In this document: positions 10,797 to 24,147 of the stretch, piece after piece
Layout of the letters: each line of letters begins with the position of its first letter
Position numbering within the stretch: the stretch's first letter is position 1
NCBI GenBank assembly: GCA_963815095.1
Contig: CAWFFH010000007.1
Coordinates: 1-64,000, forward strand
Source: Candidatus Bathyarchaeota archaeon
GTDB lineage: Archaea > Thermoproteota > Bathyarchaeia > Bathyarchaeales > Bathycorpusculaceae
DNA: 64,000 nt
Direction: 5' to 3'
The notes under the pieces: generated by a model
Database searches by the model: none
What the model was told of the DNA's origin: nothing
Seen by the model: only the letters and a program-made list of their open reading frames with translations
Made by a program: the position numbers and the translations under genes

Positions 10797-13700
10797 ATGC
10801 CTCTTTTTAATGAGAAGTCTTTGATTGAAGATTATTTTGTTGAGCAGTTGCAGGTGCGGAGTGGGAAGCGTTGGAGGTTTGTTGGTGCTGATGAGCTTGA
10901 GCGGGAAGCTAGTCGAGGAGCCGTTGCTGACTGCTGCGTTTATTCGTGCCCTGAAAAGCTTGAACAAGGACATTGGGATTGGCGATGATGAGGTAAAGCA
11001 GGTCCTAAACGAGCTGAAGCTTAGGGGCAGTGGCAGCGAAGACTCCAAGAAAATCCTCAACTACTTCAAAGATGGCGTTCCAATCAAGTTTGAGAAGGAA
11101 CGAGTAGTCAAATACGTCAAACTCTTCGACTATGACAACGTTGGAAACAACGATTTTGTTGTCAGCCGCCAAATCACCCATCAAGCCGGAGACAAACAAA
11201 TCCGCAACGACATAATCCTCTATATCAACGGCATCCCGCTTAGTAAACATCGAATGCAAGAATCCTGCTAGCCTAACGGAAACGTGGTATAATGCATTCA
11301 TGCAAATTCTCGGTTACGAGAGGGATGTTCCAGAACTCTACAAGTACATCCAGATTGGCGTAGCATCAGATAACAAAGCCAAATATTTCCCAACCACGCC
11401 TTGGCAACAAGACGGCGAACCCAGATATTATGAATGGCGAGATGGCAGCAAAGACTCGATAGACTCAACCATCGAAATGCTGATGCCAGAAACACTTCTC
11501 AACATTATCCGAAACTACCTTTTCATACGCATAGAACGGGGAGCCACAACCAAAGTCATCACCCGATACATGCAGTACCGGGCAGCCGAACAAATCAGCA
11601 ACCGAGTCCTAAACAACATCGAAGGCAAAAACCCAAAAAACAAAGGCTTAATTTGGCATTGGCAGGGCAGCGGCAAAACCTTAACCATGATTTTCGCCGC
11701 CAACAAACTCTACCGCCACCCAGAGCTGCAGAACCCAACGGTCTTTTTTGTTGTTGACCGCGAAGAACTCGAAACCCAACTCAGCGACGAATTCAACGCC
11801 CTCGACATAACCAAACCCGAAGTCGTAGACTCCATACATGCCCTAAGAAAAATCATCCAGCATGACGAATACCGGGGCAAACGAGGCATATTCATCACCC
11901 TCATCCACAAATTCCGCCCCGAAGAACTATCGGAACTCCAAAAAGAACTCGACAACCTAAGCAAAACCAGAGAAACAATCCAAACACGCAAGAACGTTAT
12001 CCTCTTCATTGACGAAGCCCACCGCACCCAATACGGCACGCTTGCGGCTCAAATGAATGAAATCCTCAAAAACGCAGAGGCTTATGCCTTTACGGGTACC
12101 CCAGTAGCTAAACAGGGACACGACACTTATGGGCAATTTAGCTATCCGCCAGAAGAGAAGTACCTAGACAAGTATTTCATGACGGATAGCATTGAAGACG
12201 GCTTTACCCTAAAAATCGCTTATCAACCCCGCCTGGAAGAAGATGTCCACCTCAAAAAAGACATGCTGGAAGCCTTCCTCGAAGTAAACATTGAAGAAAT
12301 ACCTGAAAACCTGCAAGAAGTCGTTGAGGAAAAAGCAAAGCAGAAACTAAACATCGCCAAAGTGTACCTTGAAAACCCTGACCGCATCAAAAAAGTTGCC
12401 CAAGACATCGCCGCCCACTTCAAAGAGAACTTGGATGGCAGATTCAAAGCCATGGTTGTTGCCGTCAACCGCCTTTCATGTGTACGCTATAAACGGGAAC
12501 TCGATAGGCTTCTGCCCAAAGGAATACTCAGAAGTCGTCATGACCTACAACCCGCTTAAAGACCAAAAAGAAATCCAAGATTACTTCAAGGAAACAATCC
12601 AACAGAACCATGGCAAGGAAATAGAGGACATCCGCAAGGAAACCGTAACCAAATTCAAAGAGGAACAAAACCCCAGAATCCTCATAGTAACCGACATGCT
12701 CCTCACAGGCTTTGACGCTCCAATTCTCCAAACGATGTATCTGGACAAGCCTCTGAAGGAACACCGGCTTCTGCAAGCCATAGCCAGAACCAACCGCCCC
12801 TTCAAAGACCTCAAAGAAGCAGGCCTAATCATCGACTACGTTGGCATCCTAAAAGAATTCACTCGGGCATTCGAAAACTACACCAAAGAAGACATCTCAG
12901 GCATACTCATCAACACAGACGACCTCGTCAAAGAATTCACCCAAAAACTGGATGAAACAACCGCACTCTTCGCAGACGTTCCCAAAGACCAATTCGACCG
13001 AGAAACGATGAACAAAGCCTTCCAAACCATAACCAGCGATGAAGAGAGCACCAAAAAATTCCAAGCAAACTACAAACGCCTAAGAAAACTCTTCGAACTG
13101 CTTGGGCCTCACCCGATAAAACTGGAAAAACTCAAAGACTACACCTGGCTAACCCAAGTCTACAACTTCTACCTCCATGAAACCCGACAAGACGTGGCCA
13201 AAGAAAATGCCCTCGCATACAAGTACTTCCAAAAAACCCTCAAGTACGTCTACAAATCAACCGAAGTCAAAGGAATAGATGAGCAATACCCAACTATCGA
13301 GTTTGACGCTGACTACCTCATAAACCTCCAAGAAAAACTCAAAACCAAAGAGGAAAGAGCCGCCAACATTCTCTTCACACTCAACCGCTTCGTCATCATA
13401 GACAAACAACGCAACCCAGTCTACGAAGGCTTAGCAGCCAAAGTAGAGCGCCTCCTTAATCTTTGGAAAGAAAAAACCAAGAAATTCGACAAAATCTACA
13501 ACGAAGGCGCCGAAATCTTCCAGCAAATCCAAGCACGCCAAGCAAGACAAAAACAACTCCAATTCTCAAACCTACAATACGCCATCCTGCTGAACATGGA
13601 AAAAGCCATCCCAAACCACGGAGACCTAACCCAGGACACCCAAGAACTCGCCTCACTGCTGCAGCCTTACCTGTTCAAGGGTTGGCAATACCAACAAACC

Positions 13701-13832
13701 GCCAAAAAAGCAGTTGAACAAGAAACCCGAAGATACCTCAGAAGAAAATACGTAAGCCAAAACCACCTCACTCTGGCAGAGATGGATGCGCTGTATGAGA
13801 AAATAATTGATAATGTGAAGAGCTATGCCTGA
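10797..13832 (+). CDS. hsdR: Type I restriction endonuclease R subunit, frameshifted
   Basis: DIILYINGIPL..IECK nuclease motif, WHWQGSGKT, VVDREEL, DEAHRTQY, FTGTP, MLLTGFDAP and LLQAIARTNR. Confidence 0.93.
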
Positions 13833-14371
13833 AAACCCCGCAGTACACGGTAGAATACCGTAATGTGAAGCATCCAAGGTGCGAATTCAAAACGGGGTCT
13901 TTACTGATTGTTCTGCCGAAAAAGGGCTGGACGCCAGAGCAGGTGCTGGAGAAATATGGGGAATGGATAAAGCGCAAACAAGCAACCATAAACACAGCAA
14001 TTCAGAAGTCAACGGAAACATCTATCAACAAAACGAGAACCGACAATGAACTGAGAATACTCGTTAGAAATTACGCTGCATCAGCCCAAAAAGACCTCAA
14101 TACAAAAATCAACAAAATCTACTTCAGAGAAATGAAAACGAAATGGGCAAGCCACAGCCAAAACAATAACCTAACCATAAACACCCTTCTCAAATACCTC
14201 CCAGAAGACCTAATCAGCTACATAGTCTACCATGAGACAGCCCACAACCTCGAAAGAAAACACAACGAAAACTTTTGGGCACTCATAAAAAGAAAACATC
14301 CAGACTTTCAAGCCAAAGAAAAAAGTCTCTTAACCTACTGGTTCTTAATTCAAAAGCAAGTTGCAGCTTAA
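13829..14371 (+). CDS. YgjP/DUF45 M48-like metalloprotease associated with type I R-M
   Basis: REMKTKWAS and YIVYHETAHNLERKHNENFW (HExxH). Directly follows hsdR. Start codon uncertain. Confidence 0.85.
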   Translation: MKTPQYTVEYRNVKHPRCEFKTGSLLIVLPKKGWTPEQVLEKYGEWIKRKQATINTAIQKSTETSINKTRTDNELRILVRNYAASAQKDLNTKINKIYFREMKTKWASHSQNNNLTINTLLKYLPEDLISYIVYHETAHNLERKHNENFWALIKRKHPDFQAKEKSLLTYWFLIQKQVAA

Positions 14372-14380
14372 GTGGAAATT

Positions 14381-15736
14381 ATGGCTAAAGCTTGTGCACT
14401 ATGCAAAAAGGAAAAACCTCTCCAAATCAGCCATATTGTGCCAAGTTTTGTTGGAAAATGGTTGAAAGAGAGTTCGGCAACGGGCTTCATGCGTGAATTA
14501 AGAGCTCCTAATGAACGAATCCAAGACGTTTGGAAGATAACAGTTACTTTGCAGGGATTGTGAGCAGTTACTTTCAGGTTTTGAAACATACTTTGCCAAG
14601 GAAATATTCTATCCCTACGTTGAAGGAAAAAATAAGCCGTTAACTTACGACGACCGATTTCTCAAATTCGCAGTTTCACTGAGCTGGAGATTACTAGTAC
14701 TCAACGATGACAATTTCAAAAAGAATTTTCCTCAACTCTTGCAATACAGCTACAAAAGCGGAAGAATCATGGAGAAACTATCTGCTTGGTTGCTCTGTAA
14801 ACCCCGGTCCATATGAGCACCATCTTTTCTTTTTTGACCAAATTGCAGAGGGGCAAAATATGCCAACTGACTTCCAATGGTATACTCTAAGAGCAGTAGA
14901 TTCAACCATAGTTGGCAACAATGAGAAAGCACTTGTGTACTCAAAATTGCCAAGTATGATGTTTGTTTCAGCAATTTGTCCCAACCAATTTAGAGGGATG
15001 GTCTAACACAAGAATTCTAGAAATCGGCCAAATACAGCAGCCCGGAGTAATCAATGACATCATGTTTTTTACAAGTTCTTGATAGATCGATATAATTGGA
15101 TAAGAAATCAAAAACCTGTTTTAACTGAGCCAGAACCCAGAATGCTAAAAAGCATGCTTAGAAATCCAGATAAGGCCTTGGAATCAAAGTCCTTTGAAGT
15201 AATGCTGATTAGAAGCCAAGCGCGAAAGAGACAAAAAGAAAGCGAAGCTTCACCCTGCAGTTCAAAGTCTTATTGAAGTAGCAGAATCAATACATGACGA
15301 CCAATCGTTACCTGAGAAGCTTAGAATGTACTTAAGATATGATGGCCATTTGCTGGCGGATACATTAGTAGAGCTAGAAGAAGCTGACGAACTCAGAATA
15401 GCTTCGTTAATGGAAGCAACAATACGTAAAGCAAAAATCAATGGTGAAGATTCCAAGTTTGTCTTTGAAGGAAAAGACCTGACAATAATCTTCATGGTTA
15501 ACTTGTACCTTGAGCAAAAAGACCGCGGAGACCTTGTTTGTGAAGAGTTAATTGAAGGCCGAAAAAAAGAAAACCGAGGAGAGCGAAGACATTTTCTTGT
15601 TGTGTCTTGGAATCCATTCGAAGCCTCATTCCAATACATCTGCAAATGCTATGTCGACTATGAATTATTCCAGAAAGATTCGACAACCTTAGCACGAGTG
15701 TTAACGCATTTATCCCAAACTATGGGAAAAAATTAG
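14381..15736 (+). CDS. Hypothetical protein with N-terminal CxxC...SHIVP (HNH-like) motif, multiply frameshifted
   Basis: CALCKKEKPLQISHIVPSFV and later LLC..CEQ.LS.FE. ORFs 14707-15006, 15079-15276 and 15326-15736 appear to be consecutive pieces. Confidence 0.45.
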
Positions 15737-15768
15737 ATTCAGTGCATTAAAAAATCACTGGTGAATTG

Positions 15769-15935
15769 ATGAGCAAATGTCCAAGATTTCAATCGAGTGC
15801 TAAACTCACGGGCAAAGAATAGGAGTACGGATTATTCCATGTCAAGCAGTATTCTTGTTCTGGGTGCGAAAAACGTTTATGGAATACTATAGAAACGGAA
15901 AATTAAGTCATACATACCTAAGACTAAAGAAGTAG
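15769..15935 (+). pseudogene. Small zinc-ribbon protein remnant
   Basis: MSKCPR...KE*EYGLFHVKQYSCSGCEK.FMEYYRNGKLSH, with an internal stop and indels. Confidence 0.35.
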
Positions 15936-16051
15936 CAAACGCTGGAAAAAGGAAAATATTTTTCCTTAAATCCCAAAAAAAGTTTTATTTGAAAGGTGAA
16001 GAAAAGGCAATAAAAAGTCTTTTTAACAAAAGCTCTTCTTAATTAGTAATT

Positions 16052-17134
16052 GTGAAATCAATGCGTTTGCGAATTACAAAAGTTGACGAATACCAATTCT
16101 TAACTTGCTTGAAGCATTCTCTTTGGGGAAGCAAATCTGCCAGATTTAAAGACTGGCAAGGAGACGATTACTTGGTATTCATAGTCGATAAGGCATTGGC
16201 TGGATATGCCGTGGTATCAGGCAAACCATTTCATTCAACAGATAAAGTTTGGGACAACGGGCTTTTTCCATATAGGATACCGATAAAATTTGCTCACGTA
16301 TTGACCAAAGATAACCGGGTGCCAATTCTATGGTGAGGTTAGAGAAGTTCTCACCTCTGCATGGGGACCAAACTATGGATGGGGTATACTAACACAAAAC
16401 ATTATTGAGGGAAAACAAGCCGAAACTCTGGTTAAAATAATCTCTGGACAACCAAACAATATTACCCAAATTCAATCCGGGCTTGATTTACTTCTTGAAG
16501 AGCAAAACAAGCAAGAAAAAACCAAACAAAAAAACCCAAGAGAGCCAAAAAACCACCTACAAAAGAACCAACTAATACTACGGTAGAACCTCAAACCGAC
16601 GAAGAAACCTCCCACCATTCTCAAGCGGAATATGCTCTTGTCAGGCTGGGAAAAGCAACTGGATGCTCAGTATATGTTGCATCTAACGATAGAGGAAAAA
16701 CAGTTCAAGGAAAACTATTGGGCGAAGAATGTCTAAAAAATTTACCAAACTTTGGATTAAATGAAGAAGCAGTACGAAAAATAAGCCTAATAGATGTAAT
16801 TTGGATACTCAGAAATTCGCCTATTTGCGCATTTGAGGTTGAAACAACTACTTCGATATTCTCAGGGCTTCTGCGAATGTCTGATTTGTTTCGGTTGTGC
16901 CATCACTAAAAATCAACTTGTACATTGTTGCTCCCAAGGAACGCGAAGACAAAGTACGCGCTGAAATAACAAGACCCACCTTCCAGAAAATCGGTCTTAA
17001 ACGAATACTGTAAATTCATACCTCTTGAGGAACTAAGCAAGCTGCTTTCACGTGTGGAAGGACTTCAAGGACACATTCAACCAACAATAATTGACACAAT
17101 AGCTAAAAGTTTTGATACCCAAGAGTTAATCTGA
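16052..17134 (+). CDS. EVE-domain PD-(D/E)XK endonuclease fusion (putative modification-dependent restriction), frameshifted
   Basis: N-terminus LWG...GDDYLVFIV...VVSGKPF....VW...LFPYRIPIKF is EVE/PUA-like. C-terminus IDVIW...AFEVETTTSIFSGLLRMSDL and RPTFQK. Confidence 0.7.
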
Positions 17135-17142
17135 GGCAAAAG

Positions 17143-18227
17143 ATGCGAATTCTGATTAAGGACCAAAAATCAAAAAATGGCTTATTGCTGATGCCATTAA
17201 GGCGAAAGCTGAATCTGAACTTCAAAAATTGCTAATCGAATCTCCTTCGCTGATAACGATCGACGAGATTCGTGATGGTGCTTCCCCACTCCTACTAGCT
17301 CTAGGTGAATTCGGCCTCCCTGGTTCAGGTGCAACTGACATCTTAGCTTTTAGTGCTCAGGGTGACATAGCGTTGATTGAATGCAAACTTGCTGCTAATC
17401 AAGAAATTAAACGGAAAGTAATTGGGCAAATTTTAGAGTATGCTGCTTACTTATGGCAAATGAGTTATAAAAAAGTCGACGAAAAAGCTAAAGAAATGAG
17501 AGGCAAACCATTAGCGGAATTAATGGCTGAATCTATAGTTGGTGAATGGGATGAAGAACTTTTTAGAACTAATGTTAGTAGGAACCTAGAAATTGGCTCA
17601 TTTATTCTTGTTATTGTTGTTGATGAGATCAATGATGAGCTAAACCAAATTATTAGATTCATTAACGAATGCGGTGGTAAGTCGGCATTCTCTCTGCATG
17701 CTTTAGAAATGAATAGGTTTCAATCAAATGCTGTTGAAATTCTTGTCCCACATTTGCACGGAAACTCATCTAAAACAACAGTCAGCCAACGTATATCTTG
17801 GAACCAAGAAACCTTCCTTAAAGCTTTCACAGAACGAAATCGTCCTGATTTAGTTAACACAGCCAGAGATTTGTATAGTTGGAGCAAAGAAACCGGAGAC
17901 AGAATTTGGTTTGGCCAGGGAAAAGAAATAGGTTCATTCACATTACATTTCTTGAAAGGTGGACGAACCATTGCACCATTTACTGTTTATACCGATGGCA
18001 GATTGGCCATAGATTTCGGTTATCTGCTTGGAGCGATATCTCAAGAAACTTTAGAGCAATTTCATAATAAGCTTACGCAAATACCTAATTTCAATGACAT
18101 ACCAAAAGTATTTGCCAACAAATATCCCAGCGTTAGAATTGAAGCTCTCAAAGATCCATCTAATTGCCAGAATTTCAAAGAAGTTATCCTTTGGCTAAAA
18201 GAGCAGCCTGTAATACCTCGTATTTAA
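17143..18227 (+). CDS. PD-(D/E)XK (NucS/DUF91-like) endonuclease with C-terminal extension
   Basis: ESELQKLL, TDILAF...GDIALIECKL and IGQILEYAA. 5' frameshift; the ORF track starts at 17229. Confidence 0.7.
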
Positions 18228-18384
18228 TTCTCTGTCGAGCTCACATAGCAATAGGGAAAGCGTCTGAGTGATGGATTCACCTGGAAACTTGACGACTATT
18301 TTTTTAATTTTGCATTTGGATATTTGGGAATTTTCTATATTGATTTCTGATTAGCATAATTTATATTATTTATTGAGATAACAT

Positions 18385-19360
18385 TTGGCTATGTCTCATC
18401 GCTGTGTCGTTTGCCAAGAAGAAATAACTGACAAAGAAGAAAGTTACTCACTAAAATTTTACAATATGGCTCTGTGCAGAAAACATCAAGAAATTCAAAA
18501 ACAAATTAAAGCGAAAGCCGAGACTGAACAAAAGACAAATGCTCCATCAGAGTCTGAAAGCAAATTGGAAAAGCAAAATTATTGCTGTGTTGTCTGCCAA
18601 GAGGAAATAACTCCTAAAGAAAATAGTTACTCTACAAATCTTTTCAATATGGCTCTTTGTCGGAAGCATCAAGAGATACAAAAACAAATTAAAGCAAAAG
18701 CAGATACAGAACAAAAACCAAACGTAGTTGCAACAGAATCTAAAACTACTTCAAATGATCGATTAAAAAAGCATCTGAAACAGAGTTCAAAAGACACAAT
18801 TTCAGAAAAAGTTCAAGATAGCTTGATTCAATGGATAATTCAATGGGTAAATGCTAAACCAATTAACTTTGAATTGGAATCAAAGCATTTCTTTTTAGAA
18901 GGAATGAGGCTTGAAGAATTTTCAAGAGATGTTATTGGTAAAGCTAAAGACGAAATCTTAGTGGCAAATCCCTACGTCGATAGTTGCTACCTTATCAACA
19001 GCTTTGCAGGAAGCAAGAGAAAGACGAGTAAATGTTCAGAATTGTTACCAGAAGACCAACAAAGGACAAAGATGACATAACGAAATTAGAGTGTCACGCA
19101 GCACTTTGAGGAAAAAAGGCGTAACTATTCATTATATCAATACAATTCACTCAAAAATTATTTTGATGGATCGCAAAATGGCGATTTTATCTTCAATGAA
19201 TTTGTACAGTGGTTCAGCAGGAGGAGGAGTGCTTGAAGCTGGAATTGTCTCCTTTGAAGGCAAGGTTGTAGACTCCACAACTAAGTACATTACTGATTTG
19301 TTGGAAAAAACAGAATCCCCCGACATAACATCATACAATAAATATTATGGACACCGCTGA
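18385..19360 (+). CDS. Phospholipase D-family (HKD) nuclease with two N-terminal zinc-binding repeats, frameshifted
   Basis: CVVCQEEIT.KE.SYS....NMALCRKHQ occurs twice. EILVANPY, HSKIILMD....ILSSMNLY and EAGI. Confidence 0.75.
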
Positions 19361-19424
19361 CTTTAGAAAAAATCACAGGGAGAAAAATACATATTAATTA
19401 TTTACTAACATTATGGGTTGAACT

Positions 19425-21955
19425 TTAGTAAGTTAAGGTAATTGGTTGAACATGATTTGCTATTTCTTCTAAAAATTTCGATTTAGTATTGAAGCGAGTG
19501 TAGATGTATAGGTCTTCTTTTGCTCTTGTTAAAGCTACGTAGAATAGTCTGCGTTCTTCTTCAATTTTGTCTTGAATACCATTGTCACCTCTGGCAACTT
19601 CAAAGATTGAAGGGTCTTCGATTTCACTCGGAAATCCAAACTCGCCGCTAACAACGTTTAAAATAAAAACAACTCTTGCCTCAAGCCCTTTGCATTTATG
19701 CACAGTTAGTAGTCTCACTGCATTTGGAATTTTAGCGCTATCAATTGCAACAGGGATACCTCGTGCTTGAGCAGAATAGTTGAATGTTTCAACGATTTTA
19801 AACCACTTTGGCCTCCCAAAAACTTTCGTTCTAATAAAGCGGGTAAGGACAAGAATGTCATCTGGAGAATAGCCTTTGGCGAGATATTCACTGATTCGAG
19901 TTAAGCAGTCATCAACTGTTTGCCTGAAGTATTGCTTGTCATATCCTTCTTTATGAGTTGACTCGAACACAAGAAGCGGTTTTGCTTCTTTTCTTTTTGA
20001 TAATGCTACTTTTTGAACTTGTTTTTCACCATTGACTTTTATCAACTGTGCACCTGTATCAACAATGGATTTGATACTTCTGTAATTCGTCCGAATCTGG
20101 CTTACCGCTGGATGAACAAAATACTCGTCAAATTTGACAAAGTAATCCAAATTTGAACCGGTAAACCCCATGATACTTTGCCAGTCATCGCCTACACAAA
20201 AGAGCTTACAATTTTGATTGCGATCAAGCAATTTTTTTAGAAGACCAAGCCTTTGAGCACTAATATCTTGATATTCATCGACCAATATGTGGTCATAAAT
20301 ATCCTGACAAAGTTCTGGATTATTTTCTAATTCAGCTGTAGCTTCATTTATCATGTCTTCAAAATCTATCTTTCCAAGTTTATCCAGTTGCGCCTCATAT
20401 GCACTAAAAACATTAAGAGCCAATCTACCGAATGATAATTGCTTGGTGCTCCAACTATTTTTGTCCAATTTATTTGAAATATCATCAGGGTTCAATCCAT
20501 AGGTTTTTGCGATAGTAATAAAATTCCCTATATCATCGATGGGTGTTTTCTGCGATTGCCATACGAGTTCCAGAACTTCTGCATAGGTCAGAGCCGTAAA
20601 TGAAAGCGGTTTTTTTACAGATTTTCTCAATTTTATCCTCGCAGTAGCTCACAGAAAGCTTCAGGCTCCAAAGGATTAAACTCATAGGTATAAGTCTCAA
20701 CGAGCAACTGTTGATTTTCGAGGAACCATTTCTTTTTCTTTTCCCTTATTTCATTGTACTCTTGGCTGGATTGGCTAAACCATTCAGGTACATTGCCATC
20801 TTTATCAATACCCCAATGCTCAATGAATAAATTAAATTGAGGAAGATAGAAGTCGGGTCTAAACCCATCAAGGTCAGGTTCGTATTTCACCTCAATTGGT
20901 TTACCATCAATTTTATAGCGTTAAGAGGTAATCCATTATTTCTTTTTCAGCTATACTATTTACTTTGATGCCGTTAATGGATGCGTATTTTTGCTCTTTT
21001 GCATAGGTAACTGTTTCCGCTTTCTCTACTTGAGTGACCTTTTCGTCGGAATCATTCACTGTTTTCATGTAACACATAAAAAGCTTAAAAAAATCAGGAT
21101 TGACAGCAACTTGTTCTTCGATGTAACTTTTAACGATACTGTGTTTTTTATTTTCATTTACAATATCTGTTGATTCTATTCTCTGTCCCGAACGCTCGAG
21201 AATGTCTTTACCAAGTTTATGAAAGGTTGAAACATTTACTTTTTCAATGCCATAGCGTTGATGCAATCGATCCTCAATTTGCTCCATAGCTTTTCTCTGA
21301 AAAGCAATGGCGAGAATTCTATTGGGTTCAACCTGGTCAGGTTTTCTCTGAATTAAGTATGCAATTCGGGTTATGAGAACTTCAGTTTTGCCGGAACCAG
21401 CAGCTGCAACTACAAGATTGTACTTGTCATCAGTAACAATGGATGTTTGTTGTTCATCATCAAGAGAAATCGCGCCTTTGGACCACAGATACTTGTAGTC
21501 TATTTTTCTTTGTTCAACAAACTTGTCATTATAAGAGCTAACCAATTGGAAGCTGTTGTTCAGAGTTCTTCCATTTCAGCCAAAAAATCAGAATAAAGAT
21601 TACCATCTTTTTTGCATTTTGCATATCTCTTGTTTTAATGCTTCTATTTTAGAGAGCAAAATCGCCTTCTTTGGATAGATTAGATAAGTTCGACTATCGG
21701 CGAGTTCATTCGTTAGCTTCTCTATTTCAGAAACTCCATTTATGATATGTTTGTGAGCTTCTGCAGTTGCCTCTTTGCTTTGTTTTCCGTTTCTTCTAAT
21801 TTCGCTAAGGAAGGCTCTTATCTTTTTAAGGCACATTAATTGAGGGTCACTTAACGTTATCTTGATTGTCCTTCCAAGCTTAAAAGTAATGTGAACTTCA
21901 AATTCACAAAACTTTCTTGACTTTAAACAAAGCAGTGGAATTTATCATGGGTCAT
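19425..21955 (-). CDS. UvrD/helicase IV-like SF1 helicase with inserted PD-(D/E)XK-like domain, frameshifted
   Basis: AAAGSGKT, ILAIAF, TFHKLG, ILVDEYQD, VGDDWQSI, TVHKCKGLE and EERRLFYVALTRAK. Insert RPDFYLPQFNLFIEHWG. Start approximate. Confidence 0.85.
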
Positions 21956-21980
21956 AACCTTATTCTTCTAAAGTGTATTT

Positions 21981-22092
21981 TATTCTTCAGTTATGTATGT
22001 AGATCTTTGGGAATAGAGTCTCAAGGATTTTTTGTGACGAATACGACTGTTATGGATTTGCAGAAAGAGTTCTTTTAACCCAAGGCACCGAT
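21981..22092 (-). repeat. Nuclease 3'-end repeat, copy 1
   Basis: TATTCTTCAGTTA...TTTGGGAATAGAGTC...GACGAATAC...CCAAGGCACCGAT matches 37161-37255 and the other copies. Confidence 0.8.
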
Positions 22093-22398
22093 TCAATCGC
22101 TGATCCCTCTGTAGGACACAAACTAAGTTATTACTCTCCCAAGTGGCAGTTAACATGAAGTTACTATTTTATTTGCATCAGAATCGATTGAACTGAACTA
22201 TTCCTCGGTAGTTAGTGCTATTTCACTTATGTATTGAACATGAATTGAGTTAATTATCCCTGTCTTTCATATCGCTTCGCTGCGACGTCTCGTCGGCCAC
22301 GATATCCTAACAGTTTACTTTTAAGATTTAACGTAGTTATTAGTAATACACAAAGCTTTAAAGCAAAAACACTGCATAGGCAATCAGGGATAACGCTA

Positions 22399-22893
22399 TT
22401 GCCTTTAGAAGATTATTTAATGCCGAACGAGAACATCCGGTACCAAAGCGATTTTGACATTTCATACGCCGGTAAACCCTATACCGTCGTTCTTACTGAT
22501 ATTCGATTAATTTTGTATGCTCGTAAAGGCTTGATTTTCAAGAGTGATGATGTTGTAACCGAAGCTATCAGAGACGTTCAGGGAATCAAGTACAAGGAAA
22601 CAGGCATGTTTATCAAAAGTTCATACCTTGAAATTTCAAGTGCGTCAAAGATGGTTTTGATGGGCAATCAGGCTTCAATTAAAACTCTATATCAGAGATT
22701 ATTACCTTTCTTGTCTCCAGAACTGCGGCAACCTGCACAACAGGCACAAAGCATGTATATGCCTCCACCGCCTCCTGCATACGCAGTTGCCGCGTCCCAA
22801 ACAACATACGCCTCTTCCAAGTTCTGTCCAGCTTGTGGAATCGAACAACCAAACAACAGCAAATTCTGCAACAATTGCGGCAAACCTTTGTGA
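22399..22893 (+). CDS. Bacterial PH-like domain plus C-terminal zinc ribbon
   Basis: L.PNENI...VVLTDIRLILY.RKGL; C-terminal FCPACG...SKFCNNCGKPL. Confidence 0.7.
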   Translation: MPLEDYLMPNENIRYQSDFDISYAGKPYTVVLTDIRLILYARKGLIFKSDDVVTEAIRDVQGIKYKETGMFIKSSYLEISSASKMVLMGNQASIKTLYQRLLPFLSPELRQPAQQAQSMYMPPPPPAYAVAASQTTYASSKFCPACGIEQPNNSKFCNNCGKPL

Positions 22894-22904
22894 GCTAACT
22901 CAAC

Positions 22905-23420
22905 ATGGAAAGGCAAACTTTTCAAGCGTGCAATTGTGACCTGACAAAGTTACACAAAAGTATGGAAACATACTTTGTCGGAAAATGCTATAGAGTAAAT
23001 AATTTCTTTAAAGAAAATCTTTACTTAACTCAAGCTTACAAGAAACAATTAGGAAATAATGTTATTGTTTCTCAAATCCAAGGAACACCGGAAAATTTTG
23101 ATATCTCAATAGGATACTCTCAAAAAATAAACAACATTAACACAATACAACCAATTGAAAGAATTCCCTTCAATGCAAAAGTCATTTTAGGTGAACCTTT
23201 GCTGGAAAAAAATTTTATGAACTATATTACTACCCAGGCTGAACTAAAAAGAAATACATTTGGAATGGGAATGTCCAATTCGACAGAGCCTTTTTTGGCG
23301 CCTGTTTGGAAAGAAAGAGAAATAATTAGAGAAATTGAAGTAGTCTATTGCAGATATTGTGGTTCAAAAAATAATGCAAGACAAACAAATTGTGTAAAAT
23401 GCAACGCTTCACTTCACTAA
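22905..23420 (+). CDS. Hypothetical protein with C-terminal zinc ribbon
   Basis: EIIREIEVVYCRYCG...NCVKCNASL. Confidence 0.65.
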   Translation: MERQTFQACNCDLTKLHKSMETYFVGKCYRVNNFFKENLYLTQAYKKQLGNNVIVSQIQGTPENFDISIGYSQKINNINTIQPIERIPFNAKVILGEPLLEKNFMNYITTQAELKRNTFGMGMSNSTEPFLAPVWKEREIIREIEVVYCRYCGSKNNARQTNCVKCNASLH

Positions 23421-23543
23421 TTTCTTTCAGGTTTGTGTCGTTACGCTGAGGGAAAAATTTTGAAACATGCCAAACAGGGTTTAACCTGAGTTATAGTAAA
23501 TCGTAAGACTTATTAGCACAATTTCAATAATACAACTGTTGAC

Positions 23544-24053
23544 TTGAAAATGTCCACATATGCGCCTGCGGTTCCTCAACATCCAGTTCAACCTAATTTA
23601 GCTCGAAACATTGGAATTATAATCTTTGTTTTTATCGTTTGTTTGCTCGGTGGTCTCTATCTTTCCAATATTTCAGAAGGAGGTAACATTTTATCTTCTC
23701 CTCATAGCACAAACATAGTAAATGGAATGATTACTATAAACGCAGGCAGTTACAATTATTACGAGTTTACTTTACCACAAGGAGCCACAAACGTACAATT
23801 ACAGGGAAATTTCTATGCTGCAGGTGGCTCAGGGAACGACATTGATGTAGTAGTTATGAACCCAACAAGTTTTATCAATTGGAAAAATGGCCATACAGTA
23901 AACTGCTATTATTCAAGTGGCCAACTAACAACCTCGACCTTTAACGTAAACCTGCCATCGGATGCCGGAACATATTACTTGGTTTATTCAAACACGTTTT
24001 CTCTTTTCAGCCAAAAAAATGTTAACACACAAGTCAATTTGAATTATTATTAG
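23544..24053 (+). CDS. Membrane-anchored beta-sandwich (GOLD-like) protein
   Basis: N-terminal TM helix; GGSGNDIDVVVM and GTYYLVYSNTFS. Confidence 0.6.
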   Translation: MKMSTYAPAVPQHPVQPNLARNIGIIIFVFIVCLLGGLYLSNISEGGNILSSPHSTNIVNGMITINAGSYNYYEFTLPQGATNVQLQGNFYAAGGSGNDIDVVVMNPTSFINWKNGHTVNCYYSSGQLTTSTFNVNLPSDAGTYYLVYSNTFSLFSQKNVNTQVNLNYY

Positions 24054-24147
24054 TTGATAGAACAAAAAATAGGATAACTAATTCAACTACAGGTGTTTTG
24101 ATTGATCTTGGATCCGAAATAGAGAATTAGAAATACTGAGTTTGGAG

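Noticed and set aside
8952-13717. Overlapping ORFs 8952-9296, 11434-11757, 13463-13717 and antisense ORFs in hsdM/hsdR
   Set aside because: Shadow frames created by T-poor composition inside well-supported genes.
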